From Alphaproteobacteria bacterium (lineage in GTDB: Bacteria > Pseudomonadota > Alphaproteobacteria > Micavibrionales > Micavibrionaceae): 30,396 nt of DNA. The position numbers and the translations under genes were made by a program. Below, piece by piece: positions 18,402 through 26,745 of the stretch (position 1 is its first letter; every line of letters begins with the position of its first letter). A model generated the notes under the pieces. That model did no database searches and was not told the DNA's origin. It was given only the letters and a program-made list of their open reading frames with translations. Location: positions 1-30,396 of the forward strand of contig JAMHVA010000162.1 in the NCBI GenBank assembly GCA_035904625.1. Direction: 5' to 3'.

Positions 18402-19412
18402 ATGTCGAATACTGAGCCGTTTTCTGCGTTAATTCATCTCTTTCCTGACGTGCCGTCTGCGCCGGGGCGTACGCTGTTTCTGGGGGCTGTGCCGTCGCCG
18501 GCGATGGCCGGATTTCCCCGTGAACGCACGGTTATCATTCAATATCAGAAATCTTTGTTCGATCCGCTGCTGGCGCAAGGTTTTGATGTACGCGCAGAGA
18601 TTCCGGACGATGCAGATTTTGACAATCTGGTCATGCTGGTTGGCAAGCAACAGGAAGAAACCCGCCATGATCTGGCCTGCGGGCTGCGGCTGCTCAAGGC
18701 GGGTGGAACGCTGACGATTTCCGGCGCGAACGATGGCGGCGGCAAGCGGATCGAGAAAGACCTGATGGCGCTGGGCTTGTCGTTTTTCGCTGATTCAAAA
18801 CATAAATGCCGGGTTGCGCAGGCGCGCAAGAATACCCATCCCGATCCGTCGCTGACGGATCGATGGATCGCCGACGGCGCGTGGCAGCCTGTCCTTGATG
18901 GCCGTTTCGTTTCACGTCCGGGGCTGTTCAGCTGGGACCGCATTGATAAGGGTTCGGCGCTGCTGGCCGGTCATCTGCCGCAGGATCTGGCGGGCCGGGG
19001 CGCTGATTTCGGCTGCGGCTACGGATATCTTGCCACTCATGTTCTGGGGTCCTGCTCCGCGGTGTCATCGATGATCTGTGTCGATGCCGATGCGCGCGCA
19101 GTCGAAGCATGCCGCCGCAATATTCCCGCAAAAGCTGAATATCTGTGGCATGACCTGACGAAAGTGCCTGCCGGTTGCAGCGATCTTGATTTCATCATCA
19201 TGAATCCGCCCTTCCATGAGGGATCGGTCACGCAAAATCAACTGGGCGTTTCGTTTATTCGCACTGCGGCGGCCTGCCTGAAAAAGAATGCGCATCTTTA
19301 TATGGTGGCGAATACGCATCTTCCCTATGAAGCGGTCCTTTCCGAATCGTTTCGTCATGTTTACCCGCTGGCGCAGCAGCAGGGATTCAAAATATTCCGG
19401 GCGATCAAGTGA
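18402..19412 (+). CDS. rsmC: Class I SAM-dependent methyltransferase, RsmC-like (16S rRNA m2G1207)
   Basis: SRPGLFSWDRIDKGSALL, ADFGCGYGYL and IIMNPPFH motifs, two-domain length. Start set at ATG 18402; the track's 18183 start runs through the RTX gene and its terminator. Confidence 0.75.
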   Translation: MSNTEPFSALIHLFPDVPSAPGRTLFLGAVPSPAMAGFPRERTVIIQYQKSLFDPLLAQGFDVRAEIPDDADFDNLVMLVGKQQEETRHDLACGLRLLKAGGTLTISGANDGGGKRIEKDLMALGLSFFADSKHKCRVAQARKNTHPDPSLTDRWIADGAWQPVLDGRFVSRPGLFSWDRIDKGSALLAGHLPQDLAGRGADFGCGYGYLATHVLGSCSAVSSMICVDADARAVEACRRNIPAKAEYLWHDLTKVPAGCSDLDFIIMNPPFHEGSVTQNQLGVSFIRTAAACLKKNAHLYMVANTHLPYEAVLSESFRHVYPLAQQQGFKIFRAIK

Positions 19413-20107
19413 TGAATCCGGATCTCAAGAAGCGTCTGGAAAACGTCAGCAGCATTATCTGGGATCTGGATAACACGCTGTATCCTGAAACCGATCTTTT
19501 GCACCAGGCCTTCGACGACGCCATTGCGCGCGCGGCGATCCTCAGCGGTGCTGCCGTGTCGATGGATGATGCCATACGCTTGTCCAAGCAATCTTACATC
19601 GATCACGCCTATGGGGGGCGCGTTTTCATTGAACAGTACGGTGTCGATCCGCAGCTCCTCCATTTCAATATCCATCCGCTGGTGAACGAATCCATCATTT
19701 CCGCTTATGATGACTTGCCCGGCCTGTTTGATGCCATCGCTATACCGCATGCGCTGGTCACCCATGGTTCGCGCGAATGGGCGTTGCGTGTCCTGAATCA
19801 TATCGGCCTGCGTGACCGCTTCCCCGACCATACTGTGCACGCACTGGAAGATTTCGCTTTCGAGAAGAAGCATGTCAGCCGCCGCCCGTTCGAGCAGGCG
19901 CTGGCGGCGATCAGCCATACTGCGTCATTGTCGATGATGGTCGAAGATCAGGCCCGCAATCTTGTGCTGCCGCGCGAGATGGGAATGGTGACGGTTTTGG
20001 TGACGCACGGTCGGCGGCCTGTTGACGTGCCCGCGCATATCGATCTGGTAATCGATAATGCCGTAGAACTGCTGGGGATTCTGAAAGGCGCGAAAGCCCT
20101 TTCCTAA
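19409..20107 (+). CDS. HAD-superfamily hydrolase, pyrimidine 5'-nucleotidase-like
   Basis: Motif I IIWDLDNTLY, motif IV MVEDQARNL, MVTVLV. It overlaps the rsmC stop (GTGATG; start at 19409 or 19412). Confidence 0.8.
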   Translation: MMNPDLKKRLENVSSIIWDLDNTLYPETDLLHQAFDDAIARAAILSGAAVSMDDAIRLSKQSYIDHAYGGRVFIEQYGVDPQLLHFNIHPLVNESIISAYDDLPGLFDAIAIPHALVTHGSREWALRVLNHIGLRDRFPDHTVHALEDFAFEKKHVSRRPFEQALAAISHTASLSMMVEDQARNLVLPREMGMVTVLVTHGRRPVDVPAHIDLVIDNAVELLGILKGAKALS

Positions 20108-20117
20108 ACGCTTGGCC

Positions 20118-21005
20118 TTAGAGAGCGTCCTTGTGCAGGCCGACTTCCTTACTGACCATGAAATTGATGGAGTTCATATCCAGCTCGCCGCCGCGGCCAT
20201 GGTGCATGACGTGATACGCCATCGCGCCGTCCATCACGATGATTGATTTATCCGGCTGGTTGCGGCGTCTCATATGGGTTTCTGTCAGATCGACCACGCG
20301 TTTGACCGCTTCTTCGCTGACCGTAATGCCATGGTGCTTTTCGTAACCGCCCTTCAGGTTCTTCAGAATCTGGATGGTTTCTTCCGCATTCGGCACTTTC
20401 AGGAATACTTTCTGGAAGCGGCGGTCCATGGCGGGATCGATAGACACGAACAGGCGAAATTCATCCAGCGTCGTCGCACCAATCACATACAAATCACCGA
20501 CCGTCAGATACGGCTTCAGAACTTCCGACAGGCCTTTATAGGCGCTGCCCGCGCAGGTCGGCATAATCTGGTGCATCTCGTCGATAAACATGATGTAACG
20601 AGGGTATTCGCCTGTTTCCGCCAACCGGTAACGCTCCGCGAGGCCTTTGCAAAGCGGAATGAAGCGCCCTTGAAACTCTGCCGGGCCCGATGTCCCGGCG
20701 GCCATGCTGGCCAGATCGATATCAAGAACCCGCGTGTTCTTCAGAATGTCCGGAACATTTCCGGCAATAATCTGTTGCGCGATACCGGCAACGACGGCGG
20801 TTTTACCGACACCGGCAGGGGCCAGCAGGCCGACATTCTTGCGTCCCTTTTGCATCAGAATCAGAATCATCTGCTCGATCTCGGCATCACGGCCCGTGAT
20901 CGGGTCGAACCGTCCCTCACGCGCATGCTGCGTGACATCACGGGAATACTTGAAGATCAGATTTTCAAGCTCGTCATCGGAAACAAGGAAGCGGCGCTCA
21001 GACAT
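20118..21005 (-). CDS. Stand-alone Clp/Hsp100 D1-type AAA+ ATPase (295 aa)
   Basis: Colinear with ClpA/B NBD1: YSRDVT..AREGRFDPITGRDAEI, Walker A APAGVGKT, Walker B MFIDEMH, IGATTLDEFR, DPAMDRRFQKV, RNQPDKSI. ATG at 21005. Confidence 0.85.
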   Translation of the reverse strand: MSERRFLVSDDELENLIFKYSRDVTQHAREGRFDPITGRDAEIEQMILILMQKGRKNVGLLAPAGVGKTAVVAGIAQQIIAGNVPDILKNTRVLDIDLASMAAGTSGPAEFQGRFIPLCKGLAERYRLAETGEYPRYIMFIDEMHQIMPTCAGSAYKGLSEVLKPYLTVGDLYVIGATTLDEFRLFVSIDPAMDRRFQKVFLKVPNAEETIQILKNLKGGYEKHHGITVSEEAVKRVVDLTETHMRRRNQPDKSIIVMDGAMAYHVMHHGRGGELDMNSINFMVSKEVGLHKDAL

Positions 21006-21084
21006 GGATTTTTCTTTATGAAAAAGGAAGGGTTTCACTCTCACCCTAATTTAAAACACAGGTGCCTAAACAAGAAGTTAATTC

Positions 21085-21987
21085 CTAATTCATCACACTG
21101 CGAATATCGGCATCGGTATAGCCCTGTACGTACAGAACCGTCGTCAGGTCGGTATGTATGATCAGGTTATCGATGGTTTCCGCCACCAGCGGCCTGGGCT
21201 TGTACCCGATTCCGATCCCGGCGGCCTGCAACATTGGAATATCATTCGACCCGTCGCCAATGGCCAGCGTCTGGTTCAGGTCACAGCCAAATTCCATCGC
21301 CTTGGCTTTCACCGTTGCCAGTTTGGCGGCCTTGTCGAGGATGGGCTCCGTTACTTTGCCGTTCAGGGCGCCGTTCTCGATTTCAAGGAGATTGCCGAAA
21401 TGATCGTCAAAGCCACAACGCGCGGCGATCCCGGCTGTGAAATACGTAAACCCGCTGGACACCAGAGAGGAATGAACGCCCTTGCGCTTCATCACCTGCA
21501 AGGTGATCTCGGCACCGGGCGATAACGGCGTGTTATCAAGAATTTCCTTCAGCTTGGTTTCGGGCAGTCCCTTGATCAGCGCGACGCGGGCGCGGATGGC
21601 TTCGAAGAAATCCATGGTACCGTTCATGGTTTTCTGGGTCATGGCGGCCACTTCGTTGCCGACCCCGGCCAGAATAGCCAGTTCGTCCAGTGTCTCGGTG
21701 GTGACAATGGTCGAATCCATGTCGGCGAAGAACAGGGTTTTCTTCCGGCTGTTGCCATTGGACACCAGAACGTCGATATGATCGTCATCCATCCCCCGGC
21801 GCAGCGCCTGCATCTGCTCGAAATGGGGGCGGGCCGCCAGCGGGATGTCGGCAGCCTTGTGCGGCGACAGCCAGACGGAAGGCCCGGCAGGCGCAATGCC
21901 GTGGGAATCGAGATAGGCCTGCGCCCGCGCCAGATGGCCGGTTGTTAGCGGGATGTCGGATGCCACCAGCGTCAGGACGTAACTCAT
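21085..21987 (-). CDS. serB: Phosphoserine phosphatase
   Basis: FFADMDSTIVTTETLDELA, LVSSGFTYF and LAIGDGSNDIPML; SD GAGGGGAG before ATG 21987. Confidence 0.92.
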   Translation of the reverse strand: MSYVLTLVASDIPLTTGHLARAQAYLDSHGIAPAGPSVWLSPHKAADIPLAARPHFEQMQALRRGMDDDHIDVLVSNGNSRKKTLFFADMDSTIVTTETLDELAILAGVGNEVAAMTQKTMNGTMDFFEAIRARVALIKGLPETKLKEILDNTPLSPGAEITLQVMKRKGVHSSLVSSGFTYFTAGIAARCGFDDHFGNLLEIENGALNGKVTEPILDKAAKLATVKAKAMEFGCDLNQTLAIGDGSNDIPMLQAAGIGIGYKPRPLVAETIDNLIIHTDLTTVLYVQGYTDADIRSVMN

Positions 21988-22106
21988 AACCACTCCCCTC
22001 ATCACTCGACTTGTAAGGCTCTGGACAGTCTGACAGAAAAACATTAATCGTGGAATGGATTTGTGCCCTGCAATATCGGGGTGTCTTTAAGCCAAGAAGG
22101 TGTGCC

Positions 22107-23276
22107 ATGAACAAGCCTGAAAAACGCCCCGTCAATCCCTGTTTCTCATCCGGTCCCTGCGCCAAGCGCCCGGGCTGGTCGCTCGACAATCTGTCGGATG
22201 CCTTTCTGGGACGCTCCCACCGGGCGGTACCGGGCAAGGAAAAGCTGAAAAGTGTGATTGAAAAGCACCGTGCTCTGCTGGGTATTCCGGCGGATTACAA
22301 GATCGCCATCGTTCCGGCATCGGATACCGGCGCGATTGAAATGGCAATGTGGTCGATGCTGGGCGCGCGCGGCGTCGATGTGATGGGTTGGGAAGTGTTC
22401 GGCAATGAATGGCTGAAAGATATCACAACACAACTGAAGCTGGCCGATGTGCGCACGTTCAAGGCCGGTTTTGGCGAACTGCCCGACCTGTCGCAGATCG
22501 ATACCGACCGCGATGTTGTTTTCACATGGAACGGCACCACATCGGGTGTCTGCGTTCCGCATGCGAACTGGATCAAATCAGACCGTCAGGGACTGACATT
22601 CTGCGATGCGACCTCCGCCGTGTTTGCCTATGACATGCCGTGGGACCTGCTTGATGTCACCACATGGTCGTGGCAGAAAGTTCTGGGCGGTGAGGCCGCG
22701 CACGGTATGATCGTGCTCTCTCCCCGCGCCGTTGCCCGTCTTGAATCATTCAAGGCTGACCGTCCGCTGCCGAAAATCTTCCGCATGACCAGCGGTGGCA
22801 AGCTGATCAAGGGCCTGTTCGAAGGGGAAACAATCAATACCCCGTCGATGCTCGCGGTGGAAGATTGCCTCGATGCGCTCAACTGGGTGGAACAGCTGGG
22901 TGGATACAAGGCGACGATTGCGCGCTCACAGGCCAATTTCAAAACGCTGAAAGACTGGGTGCAGAAGACGCCGTGGATTGAATTCCTGCCCGCTGACGAA
23001 GCAATCTGCTCGACGACGTCCCCATGCCTGAAGATCACTGATTCATACGTTCAATCGCTTGATGATGAAAGTCGTGTCTCCTTTGTGAAGGCGATGACCA
23101 AGCTGCTGGAAAAAGACGGTATCGCCTACGATACCGCCGGTCATCGCGACGCCCCGGCGGGTCTTCGCATCTGGACCGGGGCGACGGTCGAAGCCAGCGA
23201 TATCGCGGCGCTGACGCCGTGGCTTGACTGGGCGTTTGAAACCGCGAAATCCGAAGCGCAGCAGAAGGCGGCCTAA
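22107..23276 (+). CDS. serC: Phosphoserine aminotransferase (alphaproteobacterial/Methanosarcina type)
   Basis: FSSGPCAKRPGW, GRSHR, VPASDTGAIEMAMWSMLG, WNGTTSGV, CDATSA and PLP Lys in SWQKVLGGE; SD AAGG before ATG 22107. Confidence 0.93.
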   Translation: MNKPEKRPVNPCFSSGPCAKRPGWSLDNLSDAFLGRSHRAVPGKEKLKSVIEKHRALLGIPADYKIAIVPASDTGAIEMAMWSMLGARGVDVMGWEVFGNEWLKDITTQLKLADVRTFKAGFGELPDLSQIDTDRDVVFTWNGTTSGVCVPHANWIKSDRQGLTFCDATSAVFAYDMPWDLLDVTTWSWQKVLGGEAAHGMIVLSPRAVARLESFKADRPLPKIFRMTSGGKLIKGLFEGETINTPSMLAVEDCLDALNWVEQLGGYKATIARSQANFKTLKDWVQKTPWIEFLPADEAICSTTSPCLKITDSYVQSLDDESRVSFVKAMTKLLEKDGIAYDTAGHRDAPAGLRIWTGATVEASDIAALTPWLDWAFETAKSEAQQKAA

Positions 23277-23917
23277 ACGGCAGTATTTCTGAAGATCAAG
23301 CAGTGGGTGTGACGGTAATCACTCCGTCCGCCCTGCCATGCGATGGTGACTTCATTTTCGAGTTTCAGAACTTTTGAGATCGCGTTGTTCAGGTCGCGTA
23401 CCAGCGGCGTGAAGACGCGGCCCGGTATGTCATCAACCTGCACCACGATCCGCGCATTGCGTTTTATGACCTTGGACACCTGCTTGTAAATATGTTGCAT
23501 GCGTTTCAGGTAAAGATCGTAACCGTCTTTTGACGGGTCGCCGCCATAAAGTGGATTCCATTTATGATTGGCCGCCATGAACGGCGGCGCGGTCATTGAA
23601 AAATCCATCTTCGGCAAACCCAGCGATGCAATGCGGGCACTATCGGCGCAAACCACATTCATCCAGTGATCCATTTGTCCGGCGACCCATTCATAACGGC
23701 GGTGGTCGGCTTCGATGCCATAGGGTACGCGCTTCAATTCTTCGGCGACAAACAACGTGGTGCCTAACCCCACGAACGGGTCGAACACCTTGTCGCCGGG
23801 CTTCGTCATCTCCTTGATGAAATGGCGCGGCAGGGATTCGGGTGTCTTGATCTCGTTCGTTTCAAACGACGGCGGATCGCGTTCAAGGCGGTAGGGAAGG
23901 GTGATGAAATTTTTCAT
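23273..23917 (-). CDS. Orphan SAM-dependent amino-methyltransferase (N4C/N6A DNA MTase-like or Trm11-like)
   Basis: Motif I VFDPFVGLGTT preceded by P..L...I...TKPGDKV, and motif IV-like MTAPPF. ATG 23917 chosen; 214 aa. Confidence 0.7.
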   Translation of the reverse strand: MKNFITLPYRLERDPPSFETNEIKTPESLPRHFIKEMTKPGDKVFDPFVGLGTTLFVAEELKRVPYGIEADHRRYEWVAGQMDHWMNVVCADSARIASLGLPKMDFSMTAPPFMAANHKWNPLYGGDPSKDGYDLYLKRMQHIYKQVSKVIKRNARIVVQVDDIPGRVFTPLVRDLNNAISKVLKLENEVTIAWQGGRSDYRHTHCLIFRNTAV

Positions 23918-23971
23918 AGTGCATCTATAGCATGAGGCTGCCTGAAATTCTCCTGCAAATTTCGTGGTCAT

Positions 23972-23991
23972 GGGTTTCGATAACCCTTTTT
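23972..23991 (+). terminator. Weak terminator-like hairpin upstream of serA
   Basis: GGGTT-TCGAT-AACCC followed by TTTTT; the stem is only 5 bp. Confidence 0.25.
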
Positions 23992-24054
23992 CGCAGAGCA
24001 CCAAGGTGCTATCAATCGTCTATCGCTGCAGCGCAAAACAAGAGGGAATGTGTC

Positions 24055-25635
24055 ATGCCAAAAGTACTGATTGCCGACAAGATGGATAAGCTTGCCGCCG
24101 AAATCTTCCAGAACAACGGTATCGAGATCGATATCAAGCCGGGCCTTTCGCCTGAAGAACTGGCGCAGATCGCCGGTCAGTATGACGGCATCGCCGCGCG
24201 CTCTTCCGCCAAAATCACATCCGATGTGATTTCCGCTTCGCTGCCGCGCCTGAAGGTGATTGGCCGCGCCGGGATCGGCGTCGATACGATCGATGTGCCG
24301 GCGGCAACGCAGGCCGGGGTCGTCGTCATGAACACGCCGTTCGGCAATTCGATCACGACGGCCGAGCATGCCATCGCGATGATGTTTGCGATTGCCCGCC
24401 AGATTCCGCAGGCCAGCGAATCAACGCATGCCGGCAAGTGGGAAAAATCCCGCTTCATGGGTGTCGAGCTGTACGGCAAGACGCTGGGCATCGTCGGTTG
24501 CGGCAATATCGGTTCCATCGTTGCCAGCCGGGCGCTGGGTCTGCAAATGAAGGTGATCGCGTTCGATCCGTTCCTGACCGAAGACCGCGCCCGTGAAATC
24601 GGTGTCGAGAAAGCGGAACTGGAAGAGGTCATCAAACGTGCCGATTTTATCACGCTGCATACACCGCTCACCGAATCGACCCGCAACCTGATCGACGAAG
24701 CGGCGATTGCCAAAATGAAAAAGGGCGTACGCATCATCAACTGCGCCCGCGGCGGCCTGATTAATGAGAAAGCATTGAAAGACGCGCTGGATACCGGTCA
24801 CGTGGCCGCTGCGGCTCTGGACGTGTTTGAGAAAGAACCGGCGACGGAAAATATTCTTTTCGGGCATCCGAATGTTGTCTGCACGCCGCATCTGGGTGCT
24901 TCCACTTCGGAAGCGCAGGTGAATGTCGCGATTCAGGTCGCGGAACAAATGTCCGACTTCCTGCTGCATGGTGCGGTTTCCAATGCTGTGAACATGCCCT
25001 CCATCACCTCTGAAGAAGCGCCGCGCCTTCGCCCGTATATGAAGCTTGTCGAACAGCTCGGCAGTTTCGCGGGCCAGATCACCGAACATGCGATTAAAAA
25101 AATCGAGATCGAATATCTGGGCGCTGCTGCCGACATGAACACCAAGCCGCTGAACGCACTGGCGCTCGCCAGCATTCTGCGCGGCCTGTTCGATGGTGTG
25201 AACATGGTGAATGCGCCGCAGGTGGCGAAAGCCCGCGGCATCGCATTCTCTGAAACCCGTACACCCGACGCCAGCGATCTGCATACAGCGATCAAACTGA
25301 CCGTGACCACCGAAGTCCGCACGCGTTCGATCACGGGTACGCTGTTCGCCGGAAAAGAGCCGCGTGTCGTCGATATCGAAGAGGTGCCGATCGAAGCGGC
25401 GCTGACCGCGCACATGCTGTTTATCCGCAACGAAGACAAGCCGGGCATGATCGGCGGTCTTGGTACGCTGCTGGCGGGCGCCGGTCAGAATATTGCCGAC
25501 TTCCGTCTGGGTCGCGTTGCCAGTGGCGGCGCGGCTGTCGCGCTGGTCGCGCTGGATGCGGCTGTTTCCGATGAGCTGTTTGAAAAGATCAAGGCGCTGC
25601 CGCAGATCCGTCAGGTTGTGCGCTTGAAGTTCTAG
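24055..25635 (+). CDS. serA: D-3-phosphoglycerate dehydrogenase (with ASB and ACT domains)
   Basis: IGRAGIGVDTID, NSITTAEH, GIVGCGNIG, INCARGG, DVFEKEP, TPHLGAST and C-terminal ACT NEDKPGMIG; SD GAGGG before ATG 24055. Confidence 0.96.
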   Translation: MPKVLIADKMDKLAAEIFQNNGIEIDIKPGLSPEELAQIAGQYDGIAARSSAKITSDVISASLPRLKVIGRAGIGVDTIDVPAATQAGVVVMNTPFGNSITTAEHAIAMMFAIARQIPQASESTHAGKWEKSRFMGVELYGKTLGIVGCGNIGSIVASRALGLQMKVIAFDPFLTEDRAREIGVEKAELEEVIKRADFITLHTPLTESTRNLIDEAAIAKMKKGVRIINCARGGLINEKALKDALDTGHVAAAALDVFEKEPATENILFGHPNVVCTPHLGASTSEAQVNVAIQVAEQMSDFLLHGAVSNAVNMPSITSEEAPRLRPYMKLVEQLGSFAGQITEHAIKKIEIEYLGAAADMNTKPLNALALASILRGLFDGVNMVNAPQVAKARGIAFSETRTPDASDLHTAIKLTVTTEVRTRSITGTLFAGKEPRVVDIEEVPIEAALTAHMLFIRNEDKPGMIGGLGTLLAGAGQNIADFRLGRVASGGAAVALVALDAAVSDELFEKIKALPQIRQVVRLKF

Positions 25636-25661
25636 GCGAGAATGTCTGGCATGAATAAAGG

Positions 25662-25695
25662 AACGCCACCTTATTTCGGGGTGGCGTTTTTCTTT
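25662..25695. terminator. Probable bidirectional intrinsic terminator between serA and the HPt-like gene
   Basis: Stem AACGCCACC/GGTGGCGTT with a T-tract on the + side and an A-rich tract on the other. It overlaps the last codons of the 25671-26189 gene. Confidence 0.65.
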
Positions 25696-26189
25696 AAATA
25701 ACGGGCGCAGGCATCGCGCAGCTCTGTCATCAGCAACTGGCCTTGCTCGCCGCCATCGCCCTTGGTTTTGCTGCTGATGATGATGCGCAGGCTTTTGGTG
25801 TTGGCGTCCACGATTTGCCGGGCGTCGTTGTTCCAGCTCTGGATGTCTTCCAGAAAATTCAGCATGATGCTGGACAGCGTTCCCACCAGCGTATAGCCAA
25901 ACATGGCGGCGTTGGCTTTGATCTGCATCACCTCGACGATCAAGGGCTGCAGGATTGTTTTGTCGGTGATGACCTGATCTTGCGGTATATCGCGCAGGGC
26001 CTGTTCCAGCGCGTCCAGAAACGCGGTGGCCATCGGCACGAAGTCCGTCGTGTTCTTTTCCAGGATGGCCTGCGATTTTTCAACCTTCGCCGAATCGACA
26101 TCGCCGCTGCCCACCTTGGCTTGCAGCAGCCTGTTGGCCTTTATGATGTGCGCGCTCTTGCCTGAATAATGATCATCCACTGTGGTCAC
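25671..26189 (-). CDS. HPt-like helical protein lacking the phospho-accepting His (CheE-like)
   Basis: LIVEVMQIKANAAMFGYTLV aligns to the HPt consensus AHxLKGxxxxFGY, with Met at the His position. The N-terminal N.L..KVG.G segment is CheE-like. GTG start. Confidence 0.6.
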   Translation of the reverse strand: MTTVDDHYSGKSAHIIKANRLLQAKVGSGDVDSAKVEKSQAILEKNTTDFVPMATAFLDALEQALRDIPQDQVITDKTILQPLIVEVMQIKANAAMFGYTLVGTLSSIMLNFLEDIQSWNNDARQIVDANTKSLRIIISSKTKGDGGEQGQLLMTELRDACARYLKKNATPK

Positions 26190-26238
26190 CGGTCACTAGT
26201 TATACTCGAAAAGCGTTACTTGAAATCTGCCGGGCGAA

Positions 26239-26745
26239 TTACTTCTGCCCGCCATCCTGATCTTCCTTGCGGCGGAACGGCCCTTTGTAGTCGGGTGTAT
26301 GCCGACGGCGGCGGTCAGGTCCGAAATATGTCTTGCAGTCTATATAGTCACGCGGCTTGTTGATGACGTACGCTATACGTTTTGCCAGGTCATTCGCCGA
26401 AAAAGGCTTCACAAGGAATTCGGTCACGCCGGCATCGCGCGCCTGCGATACGCGATTCAGCGCGCTGTAACCGGTCACCAGAATGATCGGGGCCATCCGG
26501 TTGGGCGACATGGCATTCTTGCGAATCTGTTCAGTCAGTTCGATGCCGGACATCGGCAGCATGTGCCAGTCGGCGATCACGATATCCGGATTTTCCCGGC
26601 GGAACAGATCAAATCCGGCTTCGCCGTTGTCGCAGGAATAAACCCGGCCAACGCCCAGCGTCTCCAGCACCGACGTGATCAGCTTACGCATGGGTGCCGT
26701 ATCTTCTACGACAAGGATGGAGAGCTTCTTAAAGTCAAAAGGCAT
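26239..26745 (-). CDS. CheY-like receiver with arginine-rich c-di-GMP-binding tail (Cle family)
   Basis: Receiver residues VVED, IADW, LVTG and LVKP, plus the C-terminal tandem YFGPDRR and YKGPFRR (26269-26328). Start at ATG 26745 or TTG 26751. Confidence 0.85.
   Translation of the reverse strand: MPFDFKKLSILVVEDTAPMRKLITSVLETLGVGRVYSCDNGEAGFDLFRRENPDIVIADWHMLPMSGIELTEQIRKNAMSPNRMAPIILVTGYSALNRVSQARDAGVTEFLVKPFSANDLAKRIAYVINKPRDYIDCKTYFGPDRRRRHTPDYKGPFRRKEDQDGGQK

Noticed and set aside
20118-21005. Calling this gene clpB/clpA, a T6SS ClpV or a pseudogene
   Set aside because: It has only one NBD, no N-domain, no T6SS genes nearby and no adjacent D2 remnant; catalytic motifs are intact with no internal stops.
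23918-24054. Overlapping extended starts for serA (23932) and the MTase (24004)
   Set aside because: The extensions are mutually overlapping and non-homologous; serA has an SD at 24055.
24421-25413. Long antisense ORFs over serA (similar ones lie over gabD, corA, CPA2, RND and the Clp-D1 gene)
   Set aside because: They are fully nested opposite well-supported genes and have no domain signal.
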